Positions 51,061 to 64,000 of a DNA stretch of 64,000 nt are shown piece after piece. The DNA is taken from assembly GCA_950097015.1 (NCBI GenBank), contig CATNEN010000039.1, positions 14,012,001 to 14,076,000 of the forward strand. The letters are read 5' to 3'. Origin of the DNA: Macrostomum hystrix. Taxonomy: Eukaryota > Animalia > Platyhelminthes. Within the stretch, counting starts at the first letter, position 1, and each line of letters opens with the position of its first letter. Both the position numbers and the translations under genes were made by a program. The notes under the pieces are model-generated. The model made no database searches and was not told where the DNA came from. It was given only the letters and a program-made list of their open reading frames with translations.

Positions 51061-51999
51061 ATCGTGTTTGCAACATGAACTGTCGAAGTGGAAGCATGAA
51101 TTAACGAGGGCGGAGCGTAAATTTTCGAGGGGTAAAATGAATTATCAAGGGGAAAGCATGACTAATCGAGAGGCAAGCATAAATTATCGAGTTACTTTCA
51201 AGTTTAAGCTGAATCTTGTTGATGATTTTCTTCTCATGGCTTTACGCTGTGATTTTATTCCCCCCAATGAGAAGTACAAGCGCATTCAGATGCACAAGGC
51301 TCACATAACTTTTTATTGCCTTAAAGCGATTAAAAATAATTATCAACTCGACTGTATATTTTTTATTTGATCATAAAAAGAAGCTGAACAGAAGAAACTA
51401 ATAAAAGGTCACATATTGCAGTGCAATACACTATACTATATTTGAAACAATACATACCCACGAATTTCCCCTTTAGACTACTGAATGGGTAGTAAGCTAG
51501 AGATATTGCGAGTTTCTGTTTTGCGAGCAAAAAAGCGAGCATAAAAAGTGCATTTCGATGGTCCAGTTTTGTTGAAAAAGACTGCGCTTAAAAGCGAGAC
51601 GCAAAATCGATAAAAAGGGTGTTTTATAAATAGAATTAAAAAAAAAGACAGACAAGAAAAAAACCACGAGCAGTCTTTAAGTGCAATAGTTGCACCTCAA
51701 GAATCACACGGAGATGCGCGGGTCGTAGCATCAGTTTTTGCGTATAATAATAATATGCGGCAATTTACCTGCGGCAAAATATTCATTCTTGAGTACTTAT
51801 CACAGTAATAGTAATAGTATCCTCAGCATTTTATTATCTGAAATTTGAATAGTAAAGTAAGCTTTGTGAATGACTAACAATGTATCACATGTAGCTTTGC
51901 AATCAAAATGCGGCTAATATATATTTTCATCTGCGTCTAACATCTCCCACATGTGCTTAACATCCCATATGTGTGTCCCACATGCCCATCTGTGTTTGA

Positions 52000-53470
52000 C
52001 AATACCCTGCTTTTTGTATCTAACACCCTGCTATTTGTGCCTAACACCCTCTTATCCGTGACATGCCCAACTGTATCTAACACCCTGCTAACTTTATCTA
52101 AAACACCCAGCTATTGGTGTCTAACACCCTGCTAACTTTATCTAAAACACCCAGCTATTGGTGTCTAACACTCTGCTAACTTTGTCTAAAACACCCAGCT
52201 ATTGGTGTCTAACACTCTGCTAACTTTGTCTAAAACACCCTGCTATTGGTGTCTAAAACTCTGCTAACTTTGTCTAAAACACCCTGCTATTGGTGTCTAA
52301 AACCCTGCTATTGGTGTCTAAATCACCCTGCTATTGGTGTCTAACACTCTGCTAACTTTGTCTAAAACACCCTGCTATTGGTGTCTAACACTCTGCTAAC
52401 TTTGTCTAAAACACCCTGCTATTGGTGTCTAAAACCCTGCTATTGGTGTCTAAATCACCCTGCTATTGGTGTCTAACACTCTGCTAACTTTGTCTAAAAC
52501 ACCCTGCTATTGGTGTCTAACACTCTGCTAACTTTGTCTAAAACACCCTGCTATTGGTGTCTAAAACTCTGCTAACTTTGTCTAAAACACCCTGCTATTG
52601 GTGTCTAAAACTCTGCTATTGGTGTCTAAATCACCCAGCTATTGGTGTCTAACACTCTGCTAACTTTGTCTAAAACACCCTGCTATTGGTGTCTAAAACT
52701 CTGCTAACTTTGTCTAAAACACCCTGCTATTGGTGTCTAAAACCCTGCTATTGGTGTCTAAATCACCCTGCTATTGGTGTCTAAAACTCTGCTAACTTTG
52801 TCTAAAACACCCTGCTATTGGTGTCTAACACTCTGCTAACTTTGTCTAAAACACCCTGCTATTGGTGTCTAAAACTCTGCTAACTTTGTCTAAAACACCC
52901 TGCTATTGGTGTCTAAAACTCTGCTATTGGTGTCTAAATCACCCAGCTATTGGTGTCTAACACTCTGCTAACTTTGTCTAAAACACCCTGCTATTGGTGT
53001 CTAAAACTCTGCTAACTTTGTCTAAAACACCCTGCTATTGGTGTCTAACACTCTGCTAACTTTATCTAAAACACCCTGCTATTGGTGTCTAACACTCTGC
53101 TAACTTTGTCTAAAACACCCTGCTATTGGTGTCTAAAACCCTGCTATTGGTGTCTAAATCACCCTGCTATTGGTGTCTAACACTCTGCTAACTTTGTCTA
53201 AAACACCCTGCTATTGGTGTCTAACACTCTGCTAACTTTGTCTAAAACACCCTGCTATTGGTGTCTAAAACCCTGCTATTGGTGTCTAAATCACCCTGCT
53301 ATTGGTGTCTAACACTCTGCTAACTTTGTCTAAAACACCCTGCTATTGGTGTCTAACACTCTGCTAACTTTGTCTAAAACACCCTGCTATTGGTGTCTAA
53401 AACCCTGCTATTGGTGTCAAACACTGCTAACTTTGCCTAAAACACAGTTACCTGTGTCTAACACCCTGCG
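52000..53470. repeat. Composite ~20-bp minisatellite (CCCTGCTATTGGTGTCTAA / CTCTGCTAACTTTGTCTAAAA variants)
   Basis: Two related monomers alternate in higher-order patterns. Confidence 0.94.
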
Positions 53471-53664
53471 ATCTGTGTCTAAGATCTCCCATCTGTGTCT
53501 ATTTTTCTATGTCTAACACTCCCCTACCAGTATATAACAGCCTTACATGTGTCTAACTAACATCCCTATGACCTTGAACATCGATTATCATACTCTGGTG
53601 AGATTTGTAGAGAACTTTTACCTGGATAATTCAATTTAATCGGCTAATGCCATTTTGATTTCAA

Positions 53665-54593
53665 TCAAATCCTGGCAAAGCGACCCAGCTTCTGTTTGCA
53701 GTTAGGGCAGGTGTGCACCACATCCTTGCAGCTGTCCAGGCAGAATGGAATTAGACAGCAGCCCAGGTCGCAGCCAATCAGGCAGATACCGGCGCAGGCC
53801 AGATAAGTAAGCAGGCCGTCCTTGAAGTTGATGTTAGTGATGACCTGCTGGTGGCAGAACTGGCACACTGTGTTCACTGGCACATCGCGAAACTGTTGAT
53901 TGGTGACCACAAACACGGTGGCGCCAACTGGCTGGTTAGTTGCCACAGGCCCGTAGCCGCCATAGCCCACGCCGGAGCTAGCAGGGTATGGCTGCTGCTG
54001 CTGATGCTGCGGATAGCCACTAGCCGATGGGTACTGACCACCCTGATCAAGGGGTTGGGATAAACGGGGACTAGTCAGTCAGGTGGGGTTCGATTCCGCG
54101 CCGAGGCCATGTTCATTTGAGACAAACCCTGTAGAGTAAATCCCAAGCAGCAAATATAATAACTGATTACAACTGCACCAACCGGGTCCGGTCCGTGGTG
54201 CAGCCAACGGTACAGCTCCAGGTATAAAGGCTAATGGCGCATCTGAAGGCTGCATATGAAATTTCAGTCCAAAATTATAAAGTCGTGAATCCTTCGATCT
54301 AACAAGGACTACTTAAAACATTTAACTACTGGATCTAGGTCTACTAATGCTTTATGGTGCCAGTACCAACAACCCCATAGAAAATATAATTGTTCTTTCT
54401 ACTAATAATTATAGTCCCAGTCTGTCAGTCAGAAGTGTTGGGGATTGAAAAGTTTCTTCAAATAAAAAATATCAAGTCAGTTAAGGCACAATAGTCTCAC
54501 CTGCGGTGGGTATGGCGTGCCCTGATCTGGAGTTCCATGCTTCTCTCCATCCCCATATGCAGCAGCTGTGTATGGTGGCGGTGGCTCAGACAT
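53665..54593 (-). CDS. LITAF: LITAF-domain protein; exons 54593-54501 and 54042-53665; ~156 aa
   Basis: MSEPPPPY (PPxY) proline-rich N-terminus, phase-0 junction, LITAF domain CQFC...GLLTYLACAGICLIGCDLGCCLIPFCLDSCKDVVHTCPNC. Confidence 0.92.
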
Positions 54594-55008
54594 TGTGGCG
54601 AGTTGCAACAATAGCTAGAATTGTAGTTGTTAATATACATTTTCAACTTCAAATTCGTCGAAAGTGATTCAAATTCGTTATCAATGGCAAATTCAATGCA
54701 GTGGCCCAGTAGTCTATGGCCGGCTGGCTCAGAAAGTGAGTTCGAATTCAACAGAGTAAGCGAAATACGTCAGTTCAACATGCGTATATTCACAACAGGG
54801 GAAGCACAACAGTAACAGAACAAACAGAACAGGAAAACAGACGAGCAAAATCGCGACAAGACTTTAATAGGACCAAATTATCTCACAGTCAATCCAATCA
54901 AAATAATTGTCTGATGAATTTATCATCAATGAGGGTCCCATTTAAAATAATAAATTTACAAAATCTGTCCACTGTAAAGCCACCCACAAAGATGCAGTGA
55001 TAGACCAG

Positions 55009-55676
55009 TGATGTGCTGTAGACTGCTGAGCAGCCTCCAGGCAATCTGTCAGTCAGGCTGTTCTAGGTCTGTGGGAGGGCTAGGGTTGGTAGTTAGTGTT
55101 TCCCGTGCACTGTCACTTCCGCTCGCCACCCCCCTCCGCTCTCTCTCCCTCTTTCCAGCTCTGTCTGCGCACTGAGTCACATTGCACACCGTGGTGCAAT
55201 CGCTTAAGTTCGGAAGAAGACTGGCAGAACAACGCTCAAATGCTCCTACTATAAGTAGAGCACAGTCCGACGAATCCTTGAGATTGTGTTGTTATCATGG
55301 TAGCACTATTTCTTTATATTGAGAGCACGATTCTGTCTTCTTTTCTTCATGCGTTTTGTGTTCACTCACATTTGCCTCTTATTGCAAACGGAGTAAGAAT
55401 TCAAACTTGTAACTTCTGCAAATTATTGAGAGCTTGGCCGTATATCGCATTTAGAAGCAAGGTATACCGCCAGACTCAGGGCAGAGTTCCAAGACGAGGA
55501 AGTCTTAGAGTGATACGAAAGATCCCGAGGAAACTTAGCTATTGAAGCCTGACTACCGGATTGTTCCTCTGCTAGGAAGCATCTGCGTGTGAGGCCGGTA
55601 AAATCTCCTCTCGGAATCCAGTGTCCTGTCTTGGTTATTTGCCAATTGTGTGTGCCACGCTACCACAGGTACAACA
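55009..55676. mobile_element. Probable solo LTR (668 bp)
   Basis: Starts TGATGT, ends ACAACA; flanked by 4-bp TSD CCAG on both sides. Confidence 0.65.
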
Positions 55677-58600
55677 CCAGCCCCAACTACAGGCTTACAG
55701 CAAGCAATACCCTCAGATTTTGTACACGCTGCATAAGCATAATAGCAAACACTACTACATGATTAGTGCTGTCCACAGTTTGTATCCACACTTGTCTATG
55801 TAGATTAAAATCCATTGCAAGCAGGCCAGTATATAGCATCCAAGTCATGTGTAGAATCTAGCCTCTTTTGTCACGTCATTATTCCAATATTCATGGAGTT
55901 ATTACATCCTTCAAATGTAATGCACAAAGTCTCATAAATTCAACAACTGATTGCCTGTGTTGTCACAGCAGGAACAGCAGGAAAATCTGCAACAAGCTTT
56001 TGCTGCATTTGTCATGGTCACAGTTGCCTTCTCTTCCACATACCTTGTCAACATATAGAACATCCCCTCAGAAAATGTTGGTCTCACTGCACCTCCTGTG
56101 CATTAAGATCAATCCTACCCTCTTCAATGTATTCAATATATATTATGTCATTGACAGTTGCCTAGTTGATATCCAGTTTAAGTTATCTGTAGTTGTGTAC
56201 TTGTTGGAAACATTGCATAAGTCTAGAACAATCCAGACAATTTTTTTGTGTAGGACATTTCTAATGACAATCAAAGGATAAAATTTTCAAGAATTGATTA
56301 TTTTCCACAGAGGAAATTCACTCACTTTTTACTTACATTTAACAAAGCTACCATTTTTTGCCATAAAGATATAAAATATTTTTTTCTGATCAGGCTGTAT
56401 TTAAACTGACAAATTTCACTTACTCATTTATTTTCAAACATGCTTTCTGAGCAAGCTAGCCATAGGCTACTGGGCCACAGCTGCTAAGCCACTGTATGAA
56501 TTTGCTATGGCTGACAAATTTGAGCTCAATTTTGACAAGTTAAAAATAGAAAAACATACTATAATACTATTAATGTGATATAAAAAGGATGTTTAAATTA
56601 AACAAATGTTTAGGTTGTCCACTAAAAAGTAAGCTGTCATTGTTCTTAAATAAGCAGCTGACAACTACAATAATAATAATAATATTTTGAAAAAGCTAAT
56701 TTAGAGTGTTTTTTAATCATTTTATTAGCTACATAACTAAGCAAAATAGACTCAAATGAAAAAGAAAAAACAACAATCTAAAAGTCGTAATAGACCTAAT
56801 AATTTTTTACACAGGCTTTTAGCTTATGGCTTATATTTACATATTTTTCTAGTATCATTTTTATAACTAATTAGCTAATTAGGCCTACAAAGTATTCAAA
56901 TAGCAGAAAGGTTAGACATATTTGCCTCATACACTTAGGTGCTTGTCTGGTAGATTGCCAGAATGGTAGATTGCAGTTATTGTAGCTAACTATTATTATC
57001 TAGCTATATAATTTTGAGTCCTAAAATAAAGTTATAATTTTGCAAAATTGAAATTAAATTGTAAGTCTAATATGCAATTAGTTAAGTTAACATATATTTG
57101 GTAAAGATTAAAGTAATCAAGTACATCACATAATATATACAGCAGAAAGTGATAATTAAAATTAGCTATAAAAGTTACATACCATACTGCATATGTATTA
57201 ACATTAAAACAATTCATAAAATCTGACTGGGGCCTATGCCTAAAGACATTGAAATAGTTAACATACTACATAGCCAAAGTCATTATTTAAAAGCATATTT
57301 TTTGGAAAAAAATAGTTGGATTATCTAGACTACAGATAAGAACATATGCGACAACTCCCAGTATGAGGCTGTAGTCAAGAGTTTTTTAATTCACTTTTTA
57401 GCAAGTAAAATTTACATGCTCTTTTACTTCTTTAAGTTTTAAGGGTACCGCTAGATAATTTATGATGGAAGTTTGTGTCTCGCACCTGCGTTGCTGTGGC
57501 TTTTATTATTATCGATGCGTTATATAACTAACAGTACACAAATACTGCAAGGACAGATGAGCTCTTTCTTGATGTTGTTGTTATCAACATGGCAGCTGTC
57601 CAATAAATATTTATTCTAGGAAGTTTTTTCAAATTTGTACATCTTAATGACGTATAATTAATTTGACACAAAATCCGGAAGATTTAATACAGCTGTTTGC
57701 TGTTTTAGCAAGTGAACATTTCAGGAGCAAGAGTGAACTTACCTTTTACGCCGCAGTTTCATAGCACATTTCCTAAATCTGTATGGCCAAATGTTACTTT
57801 CCCTAAAATGCATAATCCATACAAAAACTCGAAAACAACATATTTCTAAACGGAAGTAGCAACAACTGTCATATTTCACAAAATGTAAAGGGGGATAGCA
57901 AAAGGGGTAGAAATTTAAAGCATATTAACTTCTCACTACCTCACGGAAAATATTATGTTAAAGTGCTAAATATTAGGGACTATTAATGGGTTGTTCAACG
58001 CCGGATATAGCATTGGATGGAGCTTTTTATACAACTGCTATAAAAATATCATATATCTATTCGCTCGATCTTTCTTTAAGATCTCGCTGTGTCTCTGGCC
58101 CGGTGATTCGGTGGGTTGCGACCATCGATTGTTAGAGCATATATTTATGTATTATTTGAATCAACAAGTTAGAGACTAGGTTGTGTTAAGTTTGGTGTCT
58201 GCTGTTAGGTTTGTGAAACAATTGACGTTTCGTTTCCTTCTGCCTGTCAGCTAAGAAGACCATGAAGTCACACCACGTATTGTTCTGGCCGCTGTGTTCT
58301 TGCTTGCAGACCAGTTGAGGCTCAGGCCTGGCCTTGCTCGCAAAGCAAGCGGGAGAGAGGGAACGTGAGGAGTGCCTGGCTGTGGCAGTTCTTTTCATTA
58401 TATTTGGAAAGACAATTAGCTCGTAAATACAAGAAAAAAGATTTTGTGTTGGTTGTGTTCTTTATCGTTCATTAGTCCCCAATAGAAAAAGACGTAATTC
58501 ATATTATGTACTTCATTCTAAAAAATGTAATGTAAATTGTACACAATACAAAAATAAAAATCTCTCTAGAAGTACTCATGCAGCATCATCATGTTGTTCT

Positions 58601-58964
58601 TGCACGTATATCGTAAATGTACGAGCTTTAGCAATGGTTCGCAAGGTTCTCATGCAGCAATTTGTAATAAACTTGGTGCATTTAGCAGCTCTGCAGCATG
58701 GCTTTAGTCGAGTAAAGGGTGCTGTGATGTGTGCTGTGACTCGATCAGCGCGCTGATCAAACGCTCTGCGGGAAGCCGGAGGCCTTTGTCAGCTCTTTGG
58801 CCCTTGTCAGCAGCTGGCCGTCCAATCGCTCCTTGCGCAGGTAGCTTTCAATTGGCACCAATAGGCGCGCATCCCTGCGAAGTAAATCATCGAAAGCACG
58901 CACCTATTGCGTAGAGCCAACATGTGTGGATTTGGGTGACCCCGAAAATTTGTGGCTGATTCTG

Positions 58965-60635
58965 GAGGCACCAGAATGGATTTGGGGATGTCAGAATGGA
59001 TTTGGGGAGGCACCAGAATGGATTTTGGAATGCCAGAATGGATTTGGGGATGCCAGAATGGATTTGGGAATGCCAGAACGGATTTGGGAATGCCAGAACG
59101 GATTTGGGAATGCCAGAATGGATTTGGGAATGCCAGAATGGATTTGGGAATGCCAGAATGGATTTTGGAATGCCAGAATGGATTTGGGGATGCCAGAATG
59201 GATTTGGGGATGCCATGCAGAATGGATTTGGGGATGCCAGAATGGATTTGGGGAGGCACCAGAATGGATTTGGGGAGGCACCAGAATGGATTTGGGAAGG
59301 TACCAGAATGGATTTGGGGATGCCAGAATGGATTTGGGGAGGCACCAGAATGGATTTGGGAAGGTACCAGAATGGATTTGGGGATGCCAGAATGGATTTG
59401 GGAAGGCACCAGAATGGATTTGGGGAGGCACCAGAATGGATTTGGGAAGGTACCAGAATGGATTTGGGGATGCCAGAATGGATTTGGGGAGGCACCAGAA
59501 TGGATTTGGGGGTGCCAGAATGGATTTGGGAATGCCAGAATGGATTTGGGGAGGCACCAGAATGGATTTGGAGATGCCAGAACGGATTTGGAGATGCCAG
59601 AATGGATTTGGGGATGCTAGAATGGATTTGGGGAGGTACCAGAATGGATTTGGGGATGCTAGAATGGATTTGGGAAGGTACCAGAATGGATTTGGGGATG
59701 CTAGAATGGATTTGGGAAGGTACCAGAATGGATTTGGGGATGCCAGAATGGATTTGGGGAGGTACCAGAATGGATTTGGGGATGCTAGAATGGATTTGGG
59801 AAGGTACCAGAGTGGATTTGGGGATGCCAGAATGGATTTGGGGATGCCAGAATGGATTTGGGAAGGTACCAGAATGGATTTGGGGAGGTACCAGAATGGA
59901 TTTGGGGATGCTAGAATGGATTTGGGAAGGTACCAGAATGGATTTGGGGATGCCAGAATGGATTTGGGGAGGTACCAGAATGGATTTGGGAAGGTACCAG
60001 AGTGGATTTGGGGATGCCAGAATGGATTTGGGGATGCCAGAATGGATTTGGGAAGGTACCAGAATGGATTTGGGGAGGCACCAGAATGGATTTGGGGATG
60101 CCAGAATGGATTTGGGGATGCCAGAATGGATTTGGGGATGCCAGAATGGATTTGGGAAGGTACCAGAATGGATTTGGGGAGGCACCAGAATGGATTTGGG
60201 GGTGCCAGAATGGATTTGGGAATGCCAGAATGGATTTGGGGAGGCACCAGAATGGATTTGGGGAGGCACCAGAATGGATTTGGAGATGCCAGAATGGATT
60301 TGGAGATGCCAGAATGGATTTGGGGATGCCAGAATGGATTTGGGGAGGCACCAGAATGGATTTGGAGATGCCAGAATGGATTCGGAGATGCCAGAATGGA
60401 TTTGGAGATGCCAGAATGGATTTGGAGATGCCAGAATGGATTTGGAGATGCCAGAATGGATTTGGAGATGCCAGAATGAATTTGGAGATGCCAGAATGGA
60501 TTCGGGGATGCCAGAATGGATTCGGGGATGCCAGAATGGATTCGGGGATGCCAGAATGGATTTGGAGATGCCAGAATGGATTCGGAGATGCCAGAATGGA
60601 TTTGGAGATGCCAGAATGGATTTGGAGGCGTCAGA
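58965..60635. repeat. Composite 20/23-bp minisatellite (CCAGAATGGATTTGGGGATG / CCAGAATGGATTTGGGAAGGTA)n
   Basis: About 80 tandem units; accounts for all long ORFs between 58807 and 60704. Confidence 0.96.
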
Positions 60636-60744
60636 ATTGAATTGGTGTCGCAACTATATGAATTAAGGAGATCAGGGATTCAATGGTGCCAAACAAATCA
60701 TTAGTGTTCTTCCTAAATGGCGACTTTTGCGGTTAATAAAAAAA

Positions 60745-61101
60745 TAAATATAATCGCAGGACGGCTGCGGGCAATGACACATCATTTGGTGACACAGACC
60801 CGCAGCCAGCGAGGAGGCAATTCAGCCCATTTCGCTGACTGCTGAGCGCACGCTCACACACAGGTACCGTACACAAGCACACTCACACAGGTATGTACAT
60901 CTGCCCTGACTTTCTGATCGTCAGGCAGTGTACACTCTCACTGTGCCTTGGAGGTTGGCCCTCAAGGGCTTGAATTGCACGACAGGCCCCAAGCCTTCTC
61001 TACGCGGCTGCGCCTCAATTTAATGTGGCCTCGCCACGGATTCGAACTCAGGGACATCGGTTGCGAGGGGCGCCCGCGTCAACAGCTCTGCCACGGACCC
61101 C
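60745..61101 (-). mobile_element. SINE family 1, near full-length copy
   Basis: Head GGGGTCCGTGGCAGAGCTG...GTTCGAATCC; same body and AT-rich tail as 62582-62954. Confidence 0.85.
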
Positions 61102-63529
61102 GTCTATAACAAAGCGAAATGCTAAGCGTCAAGAGGCCCAAAATAGTCCTCGTTCCAGACCTGTCCTCTTCGCGAACATAGTCCCTGCCCAGGTTGTCTC
61201 GAACCAGCTGCAGCCGGCGCGGTCGTCCGCCGTCGCTAGGCAGCGCTGCCAGCAGCTTCACTGTGAAGTCCAGATCTCCGTTGCGGGTGAAGCCGTACAT
61301 GCGGAATCTGTTGGTGTCACGGTCTACCTGCGACTCGGCTAGCATCAGCCTGCCGTCGTCCGTGACGGTGAAGCTCCAGCCGCAGCGCAGGTCAGCTGGC
61401 AGACCCGTGGCGCACAGCAGCTCACTCCGGTCCGTGTCGAACACCGCCAGACCGGGCACCGTGGCACCGGCGTTATCAAGCACGAATCCTTCCACGGCGA
61501 CGTAGCGACGCTTGGCAACGACGCGCTCCGCAGTGACCAGCCGCTGGTGGGATAGCTGCAGGGGTCCAGGCTGCATGTCCGGATAGTGCAGCGTCTGAAT
61601 GACGCCTTTGGCATAGTGAGGCAGGTAGACCTGGTAGATTTGTAGTTTGTAAATGTTATTTCGTAAATTCATCCTTTTAACTCTCAGTAAAAATAGTCGT
61701 TAAAATTTACTGTATGATTTAAATATTTTGTGAATAATTTTGCTTTGTTTTACTTAGTGCACCATTGGCCAAAGGAGGCTGTAGCCTTGTGACTAGAGCG
61801 TCGGACTCACGACTTGAAGGTCGGGGTTTGATTCCTGACTCCATCTTGTCCTTTAACTCTGCAATGCTTCAGTTCAGCCAGCTGTTAAATGGGTAACAGT
61901 ATTAGCTGGGGTAATTGAGGGTATGGCATCTCCCCAGTCCATGGACTGAACAGCCGTACGCAACCTTCATTTATGCCGCGCAATAGCTGTCGGCTGCACA
62001 TTTTCGTACGAGCTGCTTTAAAAAAGATTTCTTTTTTTTAGTAAATACAGCTCCGCACTATAGTGTCATTACCATTTATACTAAATTGTCCTTAATATAG
62101 CGATAAGTATTAGAATTTTAATGGGAATAGCCTTTTTGTATTTATAATTCGATTAATTCTAAATTAGTGAGGAGTGCTATTTTGAATGCAAAATCGAAAA
62201 TCTGAAGTATACTCAAAACCATTCAGAGGCTAAGACTTGTACTAAGAATAATGCTCAAAACTATGCTCAGAAAAGCAAGTGATATAAAGAATAATTATCA
62301 GAAAATACATTAAATGGGACAAATAATCAACAGGAACTGGAATATTGTTATATTCCGAGTTACCATAGTGACCACTCGCGCAACATGTCATACATATATA
62401 GCTGCCATTAAGTTAAGAATAAAGTTAAAATAGTTTAGACCTATGGTACAAGTTTGGTGACTGTTTGAGATGACACTCTACACTAGTACACAATATTCAT
62501 AAACTGGAAACAATTTTTTTATCGATTGACCGATGAAATCTAAGGTCAGCGGACAAAGGTGTCCTCTAGCAAGACACTTAATAGCATAATAATAAATAAT
62601 TGCAGTAGGGCTGCAGACAATGACACATCCTCTGGTGACTTCTGAGGAGGCAATTCTGCCCATTTCGCTGACTCCTGAGCACACACGCACACACACAGAT
62701 ACTGTACACAGGCACACGTTCACATAGGTTTGTATACATCTGCCCTGACTTTTTCGTCGTCAGGCAGTGTACTGCACTTTCACTGTAGGGCCTTAGTAGG
62801 TTGGCCCTTCAAATAGCGTAAATTGCACGACAAGCCCCCAAGCCTTCTCTCCGTGGCTGCGCCCCGCAACGTATAAATATGGCCTCGCAACGGAATCGAA
62901 CTTAGGGACCTTGGTGCGAGAGGCAAATGCGTTGACCGCTCTGCCAGGGACCCCCTAGCAAGACACTTAACTTGGCTCCCGACTGCTTTGTTTAACTAGC
63001 TGAAAAATGCGTGGAAATTCTGCTAAATGTGGCGACCTACCCCAGTCCACGGACACTAAAGCTTTGCATCTGGTCCAAATAGGTAAAGCCCTGTAATTTT
63101 ATCCATTGAACGAAATCTCACCAGACTCCTGCCGAACTCAACGTCTACGAGTCCCAAGTCAACGCCGGCGGCCCAGCTGCGCTGCCACAATGTCCGCCCG
63201 TTGGAGTCCGCTAGCAATAGGTGGCAGCTGCCGCGGCCAACCCGCTGTACCAGGAGGCAGCCGTCAGGGCAGCAGATTGCCTGGTCTAGTGCCGGCGACT
63301 TCGATGCGTCCTCGTTGCGAAACTGTAGCTCCAGCGCCATTGGCGACTGTGTCCAGCGCTGTGCGTCCTCCAGGAACACGACGCTTGACAACTCGAGGCG
63401 GCTGCCGTCTCGACTAACATTTGTGGCCACCAGGCACCGAGTCAGGCGGTTGTTGGCTTCAGGATCGAAGTAAAGCGATTGCAGTGTTGGCCACAACTTT
63501 TGACCCGGAAAAAGCAGCGCGGCAGACAT
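61079..63529 (-). CDS. Hypothetical ~319-aa protein, possibly beta-propeller/NHL-like; exons 63529-63122 and 61630-61079
   Basis: Two GC-rich ORFs joined in phase 0 (CTG|gtgaga ... taccag|GTC); beta-strand-like motifs CCPDGCLLV, LLLADSNGRTLW, FTVTDDGRLMLAE, GFTRNGDL. Start and fold uncertain. Confidence 0.6.
61774..61955 (+). mobile_element. tRNA-derived SINE family 2
   Basis: A box TAGCCTTGTG, B box GGTTTGATTCC, core CAGCCAGCTGTTAAATGGGTA; related copies near 20345, 21461 and around 62560/62970-63050. Confidence 0.7.
62582..62954 (-). mobile_element. tRNA-derived SINE family 1, full-length copy with TSD
   Basis: Minus-strand head GGGGTCCCTGGCAGAGCGG (A box)...GTTCGATTCC (B box); AT-rich tail; perfect 16-bp TSD CTAGCAAGACACTTAA at 62566-62581 and 62955-62970. 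Confidence 0.92.
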
Positions 63530-64000
63530 TCTTTCTACTGAAGCTTCTCTGAATGACAATTGACTGCAGCTTTGAATAGATTCAATTCACTGCCTTCCTT
63601 TTTCGTCTTTACAATCTCTTAGTATTTCTGACTTTGCCGTTGCCTATAGCTCCTTAGCTCGGTGTTCGCGCGGTTGTATAGAGAAAGAAATGCAGCTTTG
63701 TGTAAATCTGGGAGCTGTTAAGAATGTCAAACAATGTACTCAGGCGCAAACACTCGCAATGTGTTGCTACTGACCCACTGGGTGAGACTAGATAAGTTTT
63801 TCTAAGCCGTTGTGAGGAGGCTGTGGTTTTGCTTTTGTGCAGTCGCGCAGCTCCGTTTCACGACTCTGTCTGTATCTCTCTCCATATTTACTTCTTAACT
63901 TCTCAAGCTCATTTGTAAAGCGCAGCACATTGCCAAGGAGAAATCGTCCACTTCTGAAGTATTTATTATTTGTGTGCAGCACCAAGCGTTAAGGCACTCA

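Noticed and set aside
49939-51104. 330-368-aa repeat ORFs on both strands
   Set aside because: Translation of the 42-bp minisatellite; no unique coding flanks.
54165-54250. Possible extra LITAF exon (PSDAPLAFIPGAVPLAAP...)
   Set aside because: An acceptor is present but I found no phase-compatible strong donor; the flanking exons join in frame without it.
55690-56280. Possible decayed integrase fragment on the minus strand (LQWILIYID-like)
   Set aside because: Too degraded to support without a profile search.
57480-58400. Scattered splice-site-bounded segments and a 70-aa ORF on the minus strand
   Set aside because: Could not assemble a consistent reading frame or recognise a product.
58807-60704. 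Multiple 400-590-aa overlapping ORFs
   Set aside because: Stop-poor minisatellite open in most frames; not a gene.
62880-62954. tRNA gene (also 61774-61845)
   Set aside because: A and B boxes are present but the stems are broken, and the sequence is fused to a dispersed body with a TSD, so it is a SINE head.
63788-63985. 65-aa ORF at the window end
   Set aside because: No recognisable motif and cannot be linked to a gene within the window.

Overview
Eukaryotic (metazoan) genomic DNA with spliceosomal GT-AG introns. Roughly 30% of the window is tandem minisatellite. The style (private minisatellites filling introns, ATG-less first exons) suggests a free-living flatworm such as Macrostomum, but that is inference. 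Genes reconstructed by hand from splice sites. Minus strand: a MEK1/2 (MAP2K) kinase that runs off the left edge; a 91-aa orphan; a divergent ERR/NR3-like nuclear receptor; a CMC4/p8-MTCP1-like twin-Cx9C protein absent from the ORF track; a MPPED-like metallophosphoesterase that has lost most metal ligands; LITAF; and an unassigned 2-exon gene. Plus strand: two near-identical 3-exon Ly6/quiver-like GPI-anchored protein genes. Mobile DNA: a 4.6-kb THAP/P-superfamily transposon (27-bp TIRs, 7-bp TSD) inside a solo LTR inside the receptor intron, a Tc1/IS630-like DD32E element with ~210-bp TIRs, three hAT-type MITEs, further solo LTRs and an LTR remnant, a LINE 3' fragment and two tRNA-derived SINE families. 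Most notable: CMC4 and the nuclear receptor are adjacent and co-oriented, and both begin at a phase-0 splice acceptor with no in-frame ATG found, which fits an operon whose start codons come from an AUG-terminated spliced leader. Most long ORFs in the ORF track are translated tandem repeats, not genes.
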